From NCBI RefSeq assembly GCF_018977255.1, contig NW_024704743.1, positions 114,516,001-114,580,000 on the forward strand: DNA of 64,000 nucleotides, read 5' to 3'. Position 1 is the stretch's first letter; every line of letters starts with the position of its first letter. The stretch is from Callorhinchus milii (Eukaryota). Both the position numbers and the translations under genes were made by a program. Positions 63,708 to 64,000 of the stretch are shown here, one piece after another. The notes below the pieces were generated by a model that saw only the letters and a list, made by a program, of their open reading frames with translations, did no database searches and was not told where the DNA came from.

Positions 63708-63968
63708 AATAAATAATAATCCTTGCATTTGATGTAGCGCCTTATCACGTCTTCGAGACGTCTCAAAGCGCTTCACAGAATATACTATAAAGTGAATTGA
63801 CTATATTTTGTGGGCGAAATGTGGCAGCCAATTGCGCTCAGCAGTGTCCCACAAACAGTCATGGATGGAAGTGACCAAGTTAATATTTTTTTTGTAGGAA
63901 TTATTAGCTCCGGAAAAGCGATCCGCCAATTGACTAACAACCGGGTTCCTATTTACTGCTAGGTAAAC
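63708..63968 (-). mobile_element. tRNA-SINE (long form) 3' two-thirds, followed by an L2 (TTG)n tail at the window edge
   Basis: AATAATCCTTGCATTTGATGTAGCGCCTTATCACGTCTTCGAGACGTC...CTAGGTAAAC, then (AAC)n AAGATTCCATTTAT. Confidence 0.85.
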
Positions 63969-64000
63969 AACAACAACAACAACAACAAGATTCCATTTAT

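Overview
This is vertebrate genomic DNA, not prokaryotic. Its repeat content (Deu-domain tRNA-SINEs, L2, CR1, RTE and Penelope-like retroelements) points to a cartilaginous fish, possibly a chimaera; that assignment is inference. One host gene is recognisable: the first coding exon of a C8orf34/VEST1 orthologue on the minus strand (61031-60966, MASQQSRIQGYLEKNRIGPLFE|GTGAG), with its CpG-rich promoter at about 61.4-61.6 kb. I did not find exon 2, so positions 1-60965 appear to be one large intron filled with decayed retroelements. The most striking unexplained structure is a minisatellite of about 750 bp abutting the promoter, with 28 copies (27 perfect) of TGATTGACAG, the PBX-PREP/MEIS (TALE) decamer. 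Other notable items are two decayed hammerhead-ribozyme motifs in Penelope-like 3' ends, a young SINE subfamily carrying the 3' stem-loop of a co-resident L2 family, a 47-bp inverted copy about 480 bp from its partner, and a 62-nt hairpin. Repeat boundaries were read by eye and are approximate. Family names come from recalled motifs, not from database searches.
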